DNA of 64,000 bases from Massalongia carnosa (taxonomy: Eukaryota). Location of the stretch: assembly GCA_965645245.1 (NCBI GenBank), contig OZ287079.1, positions 434,001 to 498,000 on the forward strand, given 5' to 3'. Shown piece by piece: positions 36,102 to 48,254 of the stretch (within the stretch, counting starts at the first letter, position 1; the number at the start of each line of letters is the position of its first letter). Both the position numbers and the translations under genes were made by a program. Under the pieces are notes generated by a model. The model was not told where the DNA came from, did not search any database, and saw only the letters and a program-made list of their open reading frames with translations.

Positions 36102-38768
36102 GAGTACGGATACGTGGACACCCCTTTGGTTACCTGGACACCCCCCAGTGATACACGGACACCCCCTTCCTAGAATAGGTAAGAATCAAGGGTTCAGCCC
36201 CCTCACTTACCCACTTCGGGGTAAGCTCCCGGGCGCATATCGGGGAAATTTTTTCCTTCACCTTTTGAAAGTGGTCGGGAATTTCTGAAACGAAGTCGAT
36301 TGGCACTGTCTTTGCAAATCAGACTCTGATTCTAGAAACTAAGCCTCATTTGGTCTAATTAATGATGATAACCTCCTCATCTCCGCTTGCTGTCGCTGTC
36401 CCCCCCCCCTTGTCACCGTCCCCGCCTCCGAGTCATTTGTAGTCAGCCTATCTGCCAATCCCCTTGTTATAACCCCTCCTCTAGCCCTACCTCCCCGTCC
36501 CCGTCCCCGTCCCCGTCCCCGTCCCCGTCCCCGTCCCCGTCTGCCTCGTCCACGACCAGGTGCCGGGTCCGCTCGATGAACGGCTGATTGATCTGCATCC
36601 GGGTCCACCCGCTCGAAAAGGGAAGGATCACGATTAGTAGATGCCTCGAATGCTTGCTGTCTTCTATTCAAATTCTCCGCACCTGGAGGTCTGCCCCTTG
36701 GTCTAGCAACTTCGGGTGCCTGAACCCGAAGATAAGGATTATCAATAGCCACACGGGCTGTCCTACCAAACCTCCAATGAGGATGAATATCTTCCAATAG
36801 CAACTTTCCCCCCCCATCCCCATACAATCGTTCCTGAATCTTATGACTGCACGGAAGACCCATGGTTAAACTGAACGTTCCAGTACAGGCCGGAATAGCT
36901 GTTGGTTGACCAACCAAACGTTCGTATTGAGGCATTATCTTTCTCAAAGCATAGGAAGTGACGTATGGACTGATTTCCTGAAAGATAGGTTTGCGAATAT
37001 CCATAGGTAGTCGCACCTTCGCTTCATCAAGACGAATCAGATGATTGTGAAGTTCATTGATCAATAGAAGATTGATTCCGTCCACCACCGTCTTAAGATC
37101 TCCAGATGATGACCCTAGCTGTCGCTTAAGTACTGCATGCCCACCTTCACCTCGAGAGGTAGTGGTGGTTTCGAAATGAGTAATCATACTGGTATAGCAC
37201 TTGACAAAACGATGTCGGAAGGGTATGTAGATGTCGTTTAGATATTCCACACATTGATCCTGACCCTGATACTGAATCCTGAATCGCTCCCATGACTCCA
37301 AAAACTCTGGTTCTGACGAGGCATAAACGACCGTTTTCCAGTCAGCGAAGAAGGAGTCCCACACCTCTTTGGTATCGAAGCTCTTCTTGCAATTGGTCAG
37401 GACGTTATTATTGATGTGCCATAAGCAAAGCAGATGATTGGTTGCGGGGAAAACATCATCAATTCCAGCTATCAGACTCTTTTCCATGTCCGTGACTATG
37501 ACGATCGGGTTAGGAAGCATCATCCCATCATACATACCTCGCAATTGCTGCAACATCCAGGTATAATCAGACGTGGCTTCCTTGGCCATGAAGCAAAATG
37601 CCACATAGAAGTTGGTATGTAGGGCGGTTTGACCACTGATGATCAATAAGGGCATCTTATATCTGTTGGTTTGTAAGTGGCGTCCATCACCAACACCTCG
37701 TAATTCGTCTTCAATAGTCGTTGAGAACAGCCCTTAATAAAGAATAAATGAGTTATTCTATCTAGATCATCCTTTTGCATCTGATACGTCCAATCTCCTT
37801 GATCCAGCTCTCGGATTAATGCCTGAACCGGAGTCAATGGGCCGAGTGTCTCGCGACGAAGCTGTGCTTTGACGTTGTAGATATCCCGAGGTTTGAATAA
37901 GGGATTGATGATGTAGGGATTTTCTGGATCGTCAAAATTGATTCCCGTCGTCGGATCAGCAACACGAAGACTAGATAAAATCTTGAAAGGGGCTGTTTGC
38001 ACGATCAGAGCTCGGGAAATCTCACTTTTAACCTCTTTCGTCATCGCCAATTTCCTCAACGCTGGATGAGCACCAGCGAGGGTAGAAGCATGATTATGAG
38101 TCGATTTGACCACCTCCAAAAACCAGATACCACTGTCGTTTTCTCGTGTGGCCACACAAGAGAAATGGCATTCAATTCGTCGGCTACCCGTATGTTGCCG
38201 ATCCTGACCTCTTGGTCCGTCGGTTTTTCTTCCTCGATCACATATCAGCCATGCCTTTCTTGTTACCTTAAGTTTCGACTTCTTGGTTCGACCCAAAACG
38301 ACTGCGTATCCTTGACGACCAGCATGCTCATTGACTCGTAGAACCAGGTCTTCCAGACTTTCAAAACTTTGTCCATCCTCGGGGGGTGCAAGTCCGCCAG
38401 GGGGTAAAGGGCCAGGTGGTCGGGGTGGAGTAGCTGGTTCATCTTCGAGGGGTGCAAGTCCGTCAGGAGGTGGGGCAGGAGGTGGGGGGTCAGGAGGTGG
38501 GGGGTCAGGAGGCGGTGCAGACATGATAAAGTGACAAAATGTTGGTGATAATGATGTTTACGAAGTGCCAAAATGTTGGTGTTTACGGTTGAAAAAAAAA
38601 TTCCCGAGGTGCACCCTCGGGAGCTTACCCCGAAGTGGGTAAGTGAGGGGGCTGAACCCTTGATTCTTACCTATTCTAGGAAGGGGATGTCCGTGTATCA
38701 CTGGGGGGTGTCCAGGTAACCTCAGGGGGTGTCCAGGTAGCCAAAGGGGTGTCCACGTATCCGTACTT
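36102..38768 (-). mobile_element. Mutator-like element (MULE) 1
   Basis: ~140-bp TIRs beginning GAGTACGGATACGTGGACACCCC; 8-bp TSD TAGAATAA (36094-36101 / 38769-38776). Confidence 0.92.
36339..38524 (-). pseudogene. MULE transposase with one frameshift near 37670
   Basis: FAR1-like N-terminus (LICDRG...CHF...HNH), MDATYK|TNRYKMPL, VTDMEK, LCLWHIN, TTSRGEGGH, GLPCSH, AT-hook RPRGRP, RG repeats. Confidence 0.9.
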
Positions 38769-40677
38769 TAGAATAATCCACTATGTGCCTCGAGCCTCGT
38801 GCCTCGCGATTCCAGGTGCTTTATGTGAGCTGTATGTGTAGCTATGCTACTGTGTATTGATGATGATGATCTATAGAAAAGATGACCCCTCTATGTATGA
38901 AATAACTCCGTCACCTGACGCCTTAACCGAGGCCCTCGCCGAGGCCATACCGGACAACCTTGTTCCGACCCTTGCTTGCAGTCTAGAGATTTTTGAGCGA
39001 TCACCGCTCCACCCCCCTACACCGTCAGCGACAGGAAGGTGTCATTGAGAGAGGTGGCTAGACAAGAATCCAATACAGGTAACTCTTCTTCGTCAATAAC
39101 ATTCAAAGCCGAGGAATGATAAGTCTAACAAACTTCAGGTCGTTCACGAATTTCCTGTCGCTGTAAAAAGCTACCATGCACCGGAAGATGTCGCTGTCGC
39201 AAGGCCGGAAAGAAATGCAGCATTTACTGTCACGGCAAAGACAAGCTATGCGAAAACGAGGCAGAAGGTTCAGCTTTTAATGAGTATGCGATCATTGATG
39301 TTTCTGTTCCTGCTATCGATGTAGAAACATATGATTAGACGAATGTAGATGAATGGATTTAGATAGATAGTTCTCACTGAGAGATGCAATTTCGGTATCA
39401 CTATTTAAAGCTTTGTAGACGTCGAATCATTGGATTATAGACACTCGTATCGTATGTGACGTCTCGAAAATACGGCTAGCTATATCGATTTCTGATGGCG
39501 TAATGGGCTCGGCCCTCGTCGGCGCAAGGGGCTCGGTCCTCGACGGCGTATTGAGCTGGGTGCTTGACGACGTAAGAGGTTTGCGAACTTTCTGAGTTAT
39601 AACCGCTAATAGGTGGCATTTCGTCCATAGCATGGCCACTGTGGCCTAGTTGGCAGCAACTAACCGGTTGACTCTGTAGATTTTTTTTTCTATACAGGAA
39701 CGAGATGCGAAGTAGGAGGCGTCGATGAGACGAGAGATGCAAGCACGACAGGAAGGTGCAGTCGCGGCAGGTAGGTGCAGGCACGGCAGGAAGGTGTAGA
39801 TAGATGCAGCTAGATCTAGGCAGAAGCAATGCAATGCATCTTTTTAGAAGCGGCAGTTAGTCGAGTCATGAATTCATCAATAAACTGGGTCATTCATGAA
39901 TAGACGTCCATTCATGAATGGCTGGTCAGTTTACAAAAGAACCGGTTTATTCATAAAGAAACGTAGTTGATTCAAGAAAAAAAAAATTCATGCCTCGACC
40001 AGAACACCATACTAAAGGTTTTGTCGAATGGAGTGAAGGTCTTAGCACCTCATAGGCTTTCGCTCGTACGATCGAGTGTATCAATCTTAATCATTTTCGG
40101 CCAGTGTATTCTTCAGGTCCCCGCAATCCGTCATGCGATAGAGCGGCTTTGCAAAGCGCGAGAACGGGAGCTCAAGAAGCAGGTCTAGGCCGAATACGAC
40201 GCTGCGGCTCCTATACAATACAAGATATCTGTGCGCAGTTGGCCGGAACGGAGGAGTTGGTCAATCCAAACCCTCTCCTCCCATAGCCTCTCTAGTACGT
40301 GTTTACATTCCATCTATTGTACAAGCTCAGTTCATCTCCCAGCATTTGATTTGCCCACACATCATTCGCCGGCACCACCTCTTGGGACCTTGGACTCGCG
40401 CTGGGATTCTTGCTCACCTATGCGTTGGAATTAACATCTTCTGCCTTAAGCTTTCGGCTGAAGACGATCACCAAATCCGGCAATCGCGCAGGGAAGCTCT
40501 CAGTAGTCGACATGATATCTAGAGAAATGTAAAGATACTATAAGGCTCATTGATGAGTGTCCACATATCGTTGCAAGTAGATCATCGTAGGATCTTCCCC
40601 AATCCGTAGGCACAATAGCAACCAATCTGTAACAAAGTAATTTGCAGCAATGAACCGTAAAGCTTCCAAAGTTACAA

Positions 40678-42121
40678 TCATACCAATTTCTTCAACGCCT
40701 CTATGTCGCCCTTTCGCCATTCGACCACTTTTCCTTGCCATCTTTCCCCCCTGCCACCACCTTTGATTCCAGGAATTACTTCCTTAACCTTGGTGACGAG
40801 TCCTTCGATAGAGTTCTTGTCCCCCAAAATGATGACTTGACCTCCCTTAGTCCCCTCTCCTGAAGCCAAAATAATCACGGCACCTTGTTTGATAGCTCCT
40901 TTGACTTGGGTAACAACCATATTGATGAAGTCCAAGTCTTGTACAGCACGGTGAACAAATGCATTCGACCCATTGCTTAAAACAGCCTTGACACGATCAG
41001 CCTCATAGTTCGCAATGTCCGTCAGCAATTTCGTTTCTTCCTTCTTCGACTTCGTAACAGACTCTTTTAAGCTGCTCACACCAGCAAGCACTTCTGCAGG
41101 AGTATTCTCCAATGACAAAAGCCTTGCAACAGAGCGGACAGAACGAATGGCACTTGTAGCTAGGCCAATAGCTCGGTCTCCCACTATAAAAGATAGACGA
41201 CATCTAGTGGAGTGGACGGATTGAGTAGAACCTAACAAGAGGAGGGAGATATGCGACGTTTGGCGAAGATGAGTACCACAGCACCTGTTTTGCTTAAGTC
41301 AGTTTACTGAGAAATAAAATGAATAGAGAGCGGACATACGTATTGGCGTCAAGATTTCCGATGCTGACAACACGGATCACGCCCTTTTCCTTGTCATAAT
41401 CATCAGGCAATTTATCAAGCTTAGCATTGTCAGAACCCGTGACTGTAATCCCAATGTTTTGTTGTATAACGTCGTTGCATTTCTCCTGAATGCTTTGCAT
41501 TTCGTCTTCCGATGGTTTTCGGGGCACGTCCACATAGCTCATACCATTTCCTACACCCATACCCCATCCAAGCGTCTCTAACTTATAATATTTTTCCATG
41601 ATAGCAGAGAGTAAATGTTGGCCGGTATGTTGTTGCATATGATCCCAACGACGCTGAAAGTCGACATCCTGACGTACAAGAGTGCCAGGTGGCAAGGCTT
41701 TGGGAGAGTGGAAAACACAATGGAGCCCCTGACGTTCGACGAACGTGATTGGTATAGGCTTAGGTGAAGGATTGGCCAGAGGGGTGATAGTACCATGATC
41801 AGACGGTTGGCCGCCGCCTAGAAGGTTGTTAGCCACTAAAAATGAAGTTTTAGAGACGGACAGCTGTAGAGACTTGCCCTCGGGGAAAAACACCGAGTCA
41901 ACGAACTCGATTAACCACAAGGGAGAAGCAGAGGAAGGTTCTATTTCAGTCGAAGCTTTGGCTGCTTTGGTTGTGGATTTGGTAACAAGTTGATCGGCCC
42001 TTTGCGATGACAGTTTGATGCATGATACCACTTCCGTCTCGAGGGTCCGGAGATATGAGTACCTTTGGCAACTTAATGCTCCAACAACACGACTGCGAAT
42101 AGCTGGATGCAATGGAGCCAT
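40678..42121 (-). CDS. Alanyl-tRNA editing protein (AlaX/AARSD1-like) with C-terminal DHHA1-like domain
   Basis: DSVFFPEG|GGQPSDHG, HMQQHTGQH, CCGTH zinc ligands, KGGG C-terminus. Two short introns; appears intact. Confidence 0.88.
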
Positions 42122-42826
42122 AGTTCCAGGATGACCGACGATGAGTTAGTGTAGGAGCCAATTCGACGGAAAGTTGGAGACGAACACGGGCACTTCGCAA
42201 GACTTACCCACTTAATAGAAGAACAAAGACGAAGTGGACAATACGAAAATACTACTGGTACTGGGAGTTCGTGAGGTGTAGGATTGTTGGATTAAGCTAC
42301 AAAAAATTCCACTTAAGCACTTGAGTAAGGCTAGTAGGGGAGGTCAGGTGACCGGACCCCAAAGGTTCGTAGCCAGCACCGCGTACAGGTAGGTTGGTGC
42401 TGGCCACGAAAAACGTCTTCTTTGTAGTAAGAAATATTTATTTTTTCACAAAATTCAACTGCTCGTTGAATTTTAGGCTTATTAGGAGTCGAATGATGCT
42501 CCTGAGAATCATGAGATTCTAAAAGTGGGGGTGGATCGGGGCATTGTTAACATGAATCCAATACTGAATGGAAAACCCCTACACGTTAACAGGTTATTGA
42601 TGGGAGAACAAACCCTTCGCCTTCTTACCTGATTCGGCTAGTGTGACGCGGGGTGTTTATATAAAGATTTTAGGGTGTTTATTTATAGATTTGGGGTGTC
42701 AACGTAATGGCTCCCTTTATTATGCAATGCATAATAAATCTCATCTAAAAAATTCTGAAATCAAATAGGCCACTAGTGTACCCACACCAACTATTCGTAG
42801 AATATTGAAGTCTTCGGATCCGAGAC

Positions 42827-43135
42827 ATGTCTCCCACCCCCGATCAGGTCGGCCAGCAAAATCAATGCCAGAGATGTACGACTAGACCGAGCGGTAACTA
42901 GTTCGGCGGATGGAAGGAAAGCATCCTACATGCAAATAGCTAAGGATTTAGGGATCGAGGCCTCCGAGACGAACTATTCGTCGTGTGTTTCGAAAAGCTG
43001 GCTTTCGTGGTTGTGTTGCATGTCCCAAACCCCTCGTCTCGTGGATCAATCGTCGCAAACGTCTAAAATGGGCTCGAGAGCATCTGCACCAGGAATTAGA
43101 ATATTGGTTGCGAGTTATATTCAGTAATGAAAGCA
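42827..43135 (+). pseudogene. Truncated Tc1-like transposase fragment (HTH region)
   Basis: IAKDLGIEASET.IRRVFRKAGF...KPLVSWINRRKRLKWAREH...WLRVIFSNES; ends against the NLR pseudogene. Confidence 0.65.
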
Positions 43136-43149
43136 GAGCCATCCATTAC

Positions 43150-45843
43150 TAGTACAGAGAAATTGCAACAAGTCCTCGCTGTTCATTTCTGTTTCTAGCT
43201 AGGATGCGCACACTTTGATGGATCCGAAGTCTGTAACAAGGTGCTGGCCGTCTGCTGAAAATTTTAAGATTTTAGTGACTTCCGGCATAATGATTTCCTA
43301 CCAGGTGCAGGACTTTAAATAACGAGCCACAGTTACTCCAAGCCACCTTGAGGCTCTGAGGGATCGATGGACACCCCACAGTTTGATGTTCTGGTCACGA
43401 GATCCTGACGCAATACTCTTGCCGTCGGGTGAGAAAGCCACAGCTGTGACCCAAGCCGAGTACCCTACCAGCGTCATTTGGAGCTCGCCCGTGCTGGCCT
43501 CCCACAGCTTAATGGTATCGTCCAAAGATTCTGACGCAATACGCTTGCCGTCGGGTGAGAAAGCCACAGCTGTGACCAAGGCCGAGTGCCCTGTGAACAT
43601 CTGGAGTAGGGACGCCCATTCAGTCTCCGCCGCCCGGGAGAGCCTTCTCAGCCATTCTGGGGTCTTGTCCAGATTATTTCTCTTCACCATGCTAGCTTGC
43701 GGGCTGAAAATGATTGCAGAGCTATAGATCTGCGCGAGCCAGATCGCCAGCGTCTGATAATGCCGGAGTACGAAATGCATAGCATCCTGTACAAGCTTCG
43801 GTAAGAAGGAGTTTGTATCTGGCTATATGAGGCCGTCAGTTAGACAATGCTTGGAAACACCCAGCGTGTGATGTACTCACGCTTATAATTCCTGCCAACA
43901 TCTTCAATAACTCAATGGCGCGCGGAAGTTTATCCAGCAGACTTAGACATTCTAGCCATTCCAGTAGTTTGGTCTGGAGGAAGACGCCGATGTCTCCTTG
44001 CTCGGCAAGGGCTCTCTGAGTAAGCGTGGCATGCGAGATGGCCTCGAGATGCTGCACCTAGAAAGTGGCAGGGTATCCCATGCTAGCCATCAATGCCTTC
44101 TTGTCACTGCTTTGGACGTCATGTGCTGAGCCGCTAGTAGTATCGGGTCGCGGTAGGTCCATCAGATTGGCCCGGAGTCGTGTAGACAGATAAGTCACGC
44201 ATTGGAGTGACACCTCACCATGCCCGTAGTCGTCGCGACGGTTCAATAGCAACTTTTCACTTTGGCAGGCTAAATAGTCTCGAGCTGATTGATGGACAAA
44301 CTTAATATCCGTTCCTCGCATCTTGATAAAGGAGGTATATCGATTGATTAACGTATCAATAGCCACCTTTTGGTCTGGGAATTATGTCACACTTTCTACT
44401 TCTAACACATTCAACGGTCGATAGGCTAGTATCATCACCTTGAGCAGTCGTATACATCTCTTCACCACTAAGTTATCGCCGTGACAAAGCTGATCGAAGA
44501 TCCGGCTGTAGAGAGCATCAAAACCTGGCGGCAACTCTCGAATCGTATTCAACGCCTCCTCCCGATGCACATCTTCCAGCCTTTTGTATACCAAGCTGAC
44601 CCACAGATACGTGTTTTCGGCGTGGGAGGTGAGTTTATTTTCCAGTTTATGCCGCAGCTCTTGCCCATAGCATTGACGACGATCCAGCTCCGCCGCTTTG
44701 CAAACGTTATAGGTCTTCACGGCGTCCGCAATGTGTCTCGAATTGAGTTCTAGGCTGACCAGGCCTTGGTCAAATCCAGCCAGCAACTCCCGCTGAGCAA
44801 TGTTCAAAGGTCAACTTGTCAACAGCCATTTGATCTTGGAGGGTTGATGCAAGCCGTTTCGAACAATAAGCTTCAGGAGATCGGCCATCCCCTCCTCCTT
44901 ACACTCATTAAGAGCATCCACGGTAACATATATTTTCCGGCAGTAGCAGCAATCCAGCATCTCCAAGAATAGCTGCCAGAGCGCTCGCCAAGCGGTCATA
45001 TCTTCACCAAACCGTCTGTTATCTGTATCCCACCGCCGCCGCAAGCAGTCCAAGAGCTCCTTTTGCTGACACATCAGCCAGTGAATCAGACCTTTCAGTA
45101 TCGCATCGATCGTGTTGAGCTTATAATCTGCATTCTGGCAGAAGAAGTAAGCCACCAAGATAATACCGTCCTGAAAGCGCGGAATCTGCTAGATCAGGCC
45201 GATCGACATCATCGTCTTGCCCTTGCCGGCACCGCCCCTGATCCAGAGCAGACCCAGATCGTCTCCATCTTGCCAACTCTTATACCGCAGGTCTTGAAAG
45301 ATCCACATGATCGATTCATAGAGCAATTTGTCCTTATTCTCTTTCAGCCGATTTTTGATGATCAGTGTGTCAGGGCATCGTAAGGTGCGGAGGCAATCTC
45401 GATTGATGTCATCGATAGTATACACTGTTCAACCTTGTAAGCCTTCTGGCCGTTCACATATCCACAATGTAGAGTTAAGCACACTCGTCGTCACATTCAC
45501 GTTGCTGACCTGAGTAGAGTCAGGCTCGGCGATGTTACCTTGAATACTGACACGGGTGGTCTCCTTCATGATCATCTTTTGGAGCTTAATCTCTTTGGCA
45601 GGGTTTGGGTCCTCCGTACATTCGAATCAGATAGATAGATCCTTTACCTTGATCTCGCCCGAAATGTTGTTTCTGCGCATTATACTGAATGCCAGGTCCA
45701 GAGTTGCTATAGTTCTCCTGAATGCCTCCTCTAGTATTCGCATTGACTGGGCCTGCACTAGGGGGAAATGGATGCTTCCTTTTCAACGTTTCGCCGTCTG
45801 GCCTGATTGACTTAAGCGTGACCTCAGCGATGCTTCTTTTCAT
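43150..45843 (-). pseudogene. NACHT-WD40 NLR (HET-E-like) pseudogene
   Basis: CLRTLRCPD, LLWIRGGAGKGKT, YFFCQ, VDALNEC, KWLLTS*P, TYLWV, FVHQSARDYL, WLECLSLL, two WD repeats (VTAVAFSPDGK). In-frame stops at 45189, 44811, 44382, 44058 and 43298. Confidence 0.9.
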
Positions 45844-46225
45844 CAGTGCTTCTATTTTTAGTTTACACTGAAATAACTAAAGCTATGGCGATTGTGTTAT
45901 GAATCGCTAAATGGTCCAATTACCCAAGACGTAAAAATGAGATTGATACCGTTCAGAATTTTATTTGGGAGAGGGAATTTGGAGAAACATCATCCCTTAT
46001 CATATTATGTCGGGTGTCGTTTTAGACTTAGGATGATGGCTATCAAACGGGCTAGCAGGTCATCTCCGCCAATTTTTGGTAAAGCGTTGATTGGCCCAGT
46101 TGGTAGCCACATCAGAAAAGAGGGGGTATAGTAATGTCAATCAAACTTTGTCACAATAATCTAGAAAAGTCATTCCTCTGCCTATACTGCTATCTGTTGT
46201 GAGTCCTTGTAATAACCGCGGTTAA

Positions 46226-47233
46226 ATGCTTATATTTGTTCGTCTCTTCGAAATTCCTTGCTCTTTTCGGCATTGCTTTTGTCAGACTAAGGGATATGAG
46301 TCATACGATAGCGAGCGTCTCGTCTATGGGCGGACACAGAGACCAAGCGAAACAGCCTCACTATTTGACACGCTTCTCTCTAGCTTTGACAGTTATCACA
46401 AAAATTTCGAAGATGCGATCGGGGCAGAGTTGCGCCTCGTTCAGACCGTTTTCTCTCGATTTCCAGACCTGCCATTTGAGATTCAGGATAGGATCTTCAA
46501 TTTTGCCTTTCAACCATATGTGGTCAATTTGTACAGTGAGGATCTACATAAAGTCGAAGCTGGACGTGATGCTGTTGATCTGCGGGCAGCACAGGGAATT
46601 CGAGGGCGCAATGATTTAGCCTTAAGCCTGACAAACACCCAGATTAAAGTACGGGTCATCTTCGTCAACTACCGCCCAGTTCGCACTATTCCACTTTTTC
46701 ATGTATGTCGAGCATCCAGAGAATCTGCCAAAATACGATACGGGCTGCCGACTCCCAATACATTGTTATTTGACCCTACCACTGACAGCGTTTGTCTGTG
46801 CGGGCAATGGCCATTCCATGTCACGCCAAGATTCTGGCACGTCTTTAAGGTTGATCAACAGCCTATACACGATTTTTCGCGGACTAAGTCTTTGCAACTG
46901 AGTGTTTCTGGATTCTCTACTGGCGCTGGTTTTTGCTTGCCGCCCGATTTCCTCTTCAGCAACAGTCAAGCCTTTGGTTCCATGGAACCGGCGCAAGATA
47001 TCGGAACAGACCTTACTCGCATCATAGCAACATATGCCAGCTCTGACTCAGTTACTGACCTTGTCAACGCGCTAAGCTGGATAGAAAGTTATATGCCTCA
47101 AGTTGAGATGCTTGATTTCACCATATCCCTCGACGTCAGCTATAAATCCTTCACCAATGAAAAGCAATCGATTTGGGCTGATCTTGTTAATATTCGGTCC
47201 TGCATAGTTACCGCTGAGGAAATGAGAAATTAA
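46226..47233 (+). CDS. 2EXR-family domain protein
   Basis: FSRFPDLPFEIQDRIFNFA...PLFHVCRASRE...LLFDPTTDSV pattern. Start and end uncertain. Confidence 0.65.
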   Translation: MLIFVRLFEIPCSFRHCFCQTKGYESYDSERLVYGRTQRPSETASLFDTLLSSFDSYHKNFEDAIGAELRLVQTVFSRFPDLPFEIQDRIFNFAFQPYVVNLYSEDLHKVEAGRDAVDLRAAQGIRGRNDLALSLTNTQIKVRVIFVNYRPVRTIPLFHVCRASRESAKIRYGLPTPNTLLFDPTTDSVCLCGQWPFHVTPRFWHVFKVDQQPIHDFSRTKSLQLSVSGFSTGAGFCLPPDFLFSNSQAFGSMEPAQDIGTDLTRIIATYASSDSVTDLVNALSWIESYMPQVEMLDFTISLDVSYKSFTNEKQSIWADLVNIRSCIVTAEEMRN

Positions 47234-47789
47234 AAAAAATGAGCAAGCCTATATTCCTCTGTTGAGAGGCTTGTCCGTTCTGTTAATCTTAGATGACCCT
47301 TCAACCATGTATGCGAAGAGGGGGAAGAAGAAAGCAAATAATTCCGGCGTGGGTGAAACTTCGACTCTAGGATCATTCTAAGAATCCCTCAAGTAAAAAC
47401 GCATCTATTAGAAACCGTAGTACACTAGTGGCGGCAAGCACGAAGAACAGAACTTTTCTAAGCCCTTATACAACTGTAGGAGCTTCCGCAAGGTGACAAG
47501 CCGATGACCAAGGCCGGGACGAACTTTGCCGTCATTGCTGTCAGTGCAAGATGTTGGACAAGCTGACCCATGGCAAGGGCAAAATACTCGGGGCCTTATC
47601 AGAGGTAAGTTGGTTCAGTTACTCTCAAGAGTAGGTACACCTCTAAAGCTATCTAGCCTGCTGGTGGACTCTCTATAATGAAGGAGTGAATAATGTCGTC
47701 TACAATAATTTAGACATCTTTCTTCGCCGTAGATAAGATTATCACAGACTACATTGAGAAAAATTATAGGGCTAAAAATTCTTTGTATT

Positions 47790-48009
47790 TGTTGGCTATA
47801 TGGCTATGATAAAAATGGTAATAACTTGGTCACCCTCTGCTAAGCGAGGTGATAAGATTATCTGAGCCGATCTTATCTAATCTCTAGGCTAAGCCTAATA
47901 CGGCATCTACGGTTTCTGTAGGTGCTCTGTCCGTCTTGGGCAGTCGTAGTTGCCATGTTCATTGAACTGGTAGGTGTTCACTGTACTGGTAGGAGTTGAA
48001 TATTCAACA
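47790..48009 (-). mobile_element. Degenerate solo LTR (copia-related family)
   Basis: Matches the LTR core GGTCACCCTCTGCTAAGCGAGGTGAT...GAATATTCAACA; internally deleted; no TSD. Confidence 0.8.
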
Positions 48010-48254
48010 AGGCCTCAAAGGAGTAGGCGGGATTGATTTAATCCAGCCTTGCATTAGTAGGTAGCTTGCAGCGAATGTACGACCGATAAACGTAAATACA
48101 AGCCCAATTCGATCATTCGTCGAATGTATAGTGTCAAGACCAAGTCCTGGTCAGGTGATAAACGTTGTCCATGCAACCCTCGTATCTCGGACGCGGGATG
48201 TCCGAAAACGAAGTCGCTGCAAAGGCACGTCAAATTCACACGCCAATTTTGCTC

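Larger units (their letters stand above)
35196..39338 (+). pseudogene. Interrupted gene resembling the C-terminus of Ginger/KRBA2-like integrase-type transposases
   Basis: KQMATGYNK...IFQPGQIVTVKIPKIDR...YEMRTEYGVLDRWY before the insertions; VSLREVARQES, an intron and CRCKKLPCTGRCRCRKAGKKCSIYCH after them. No integrase core seen. Confidence 0.5.

Noticed and set aside
42368..42410. Short inverted repeat upstream of the AlaX gene
   Set aside because: About 13-bp imperfect arms, no TSD and no second copy in the window.
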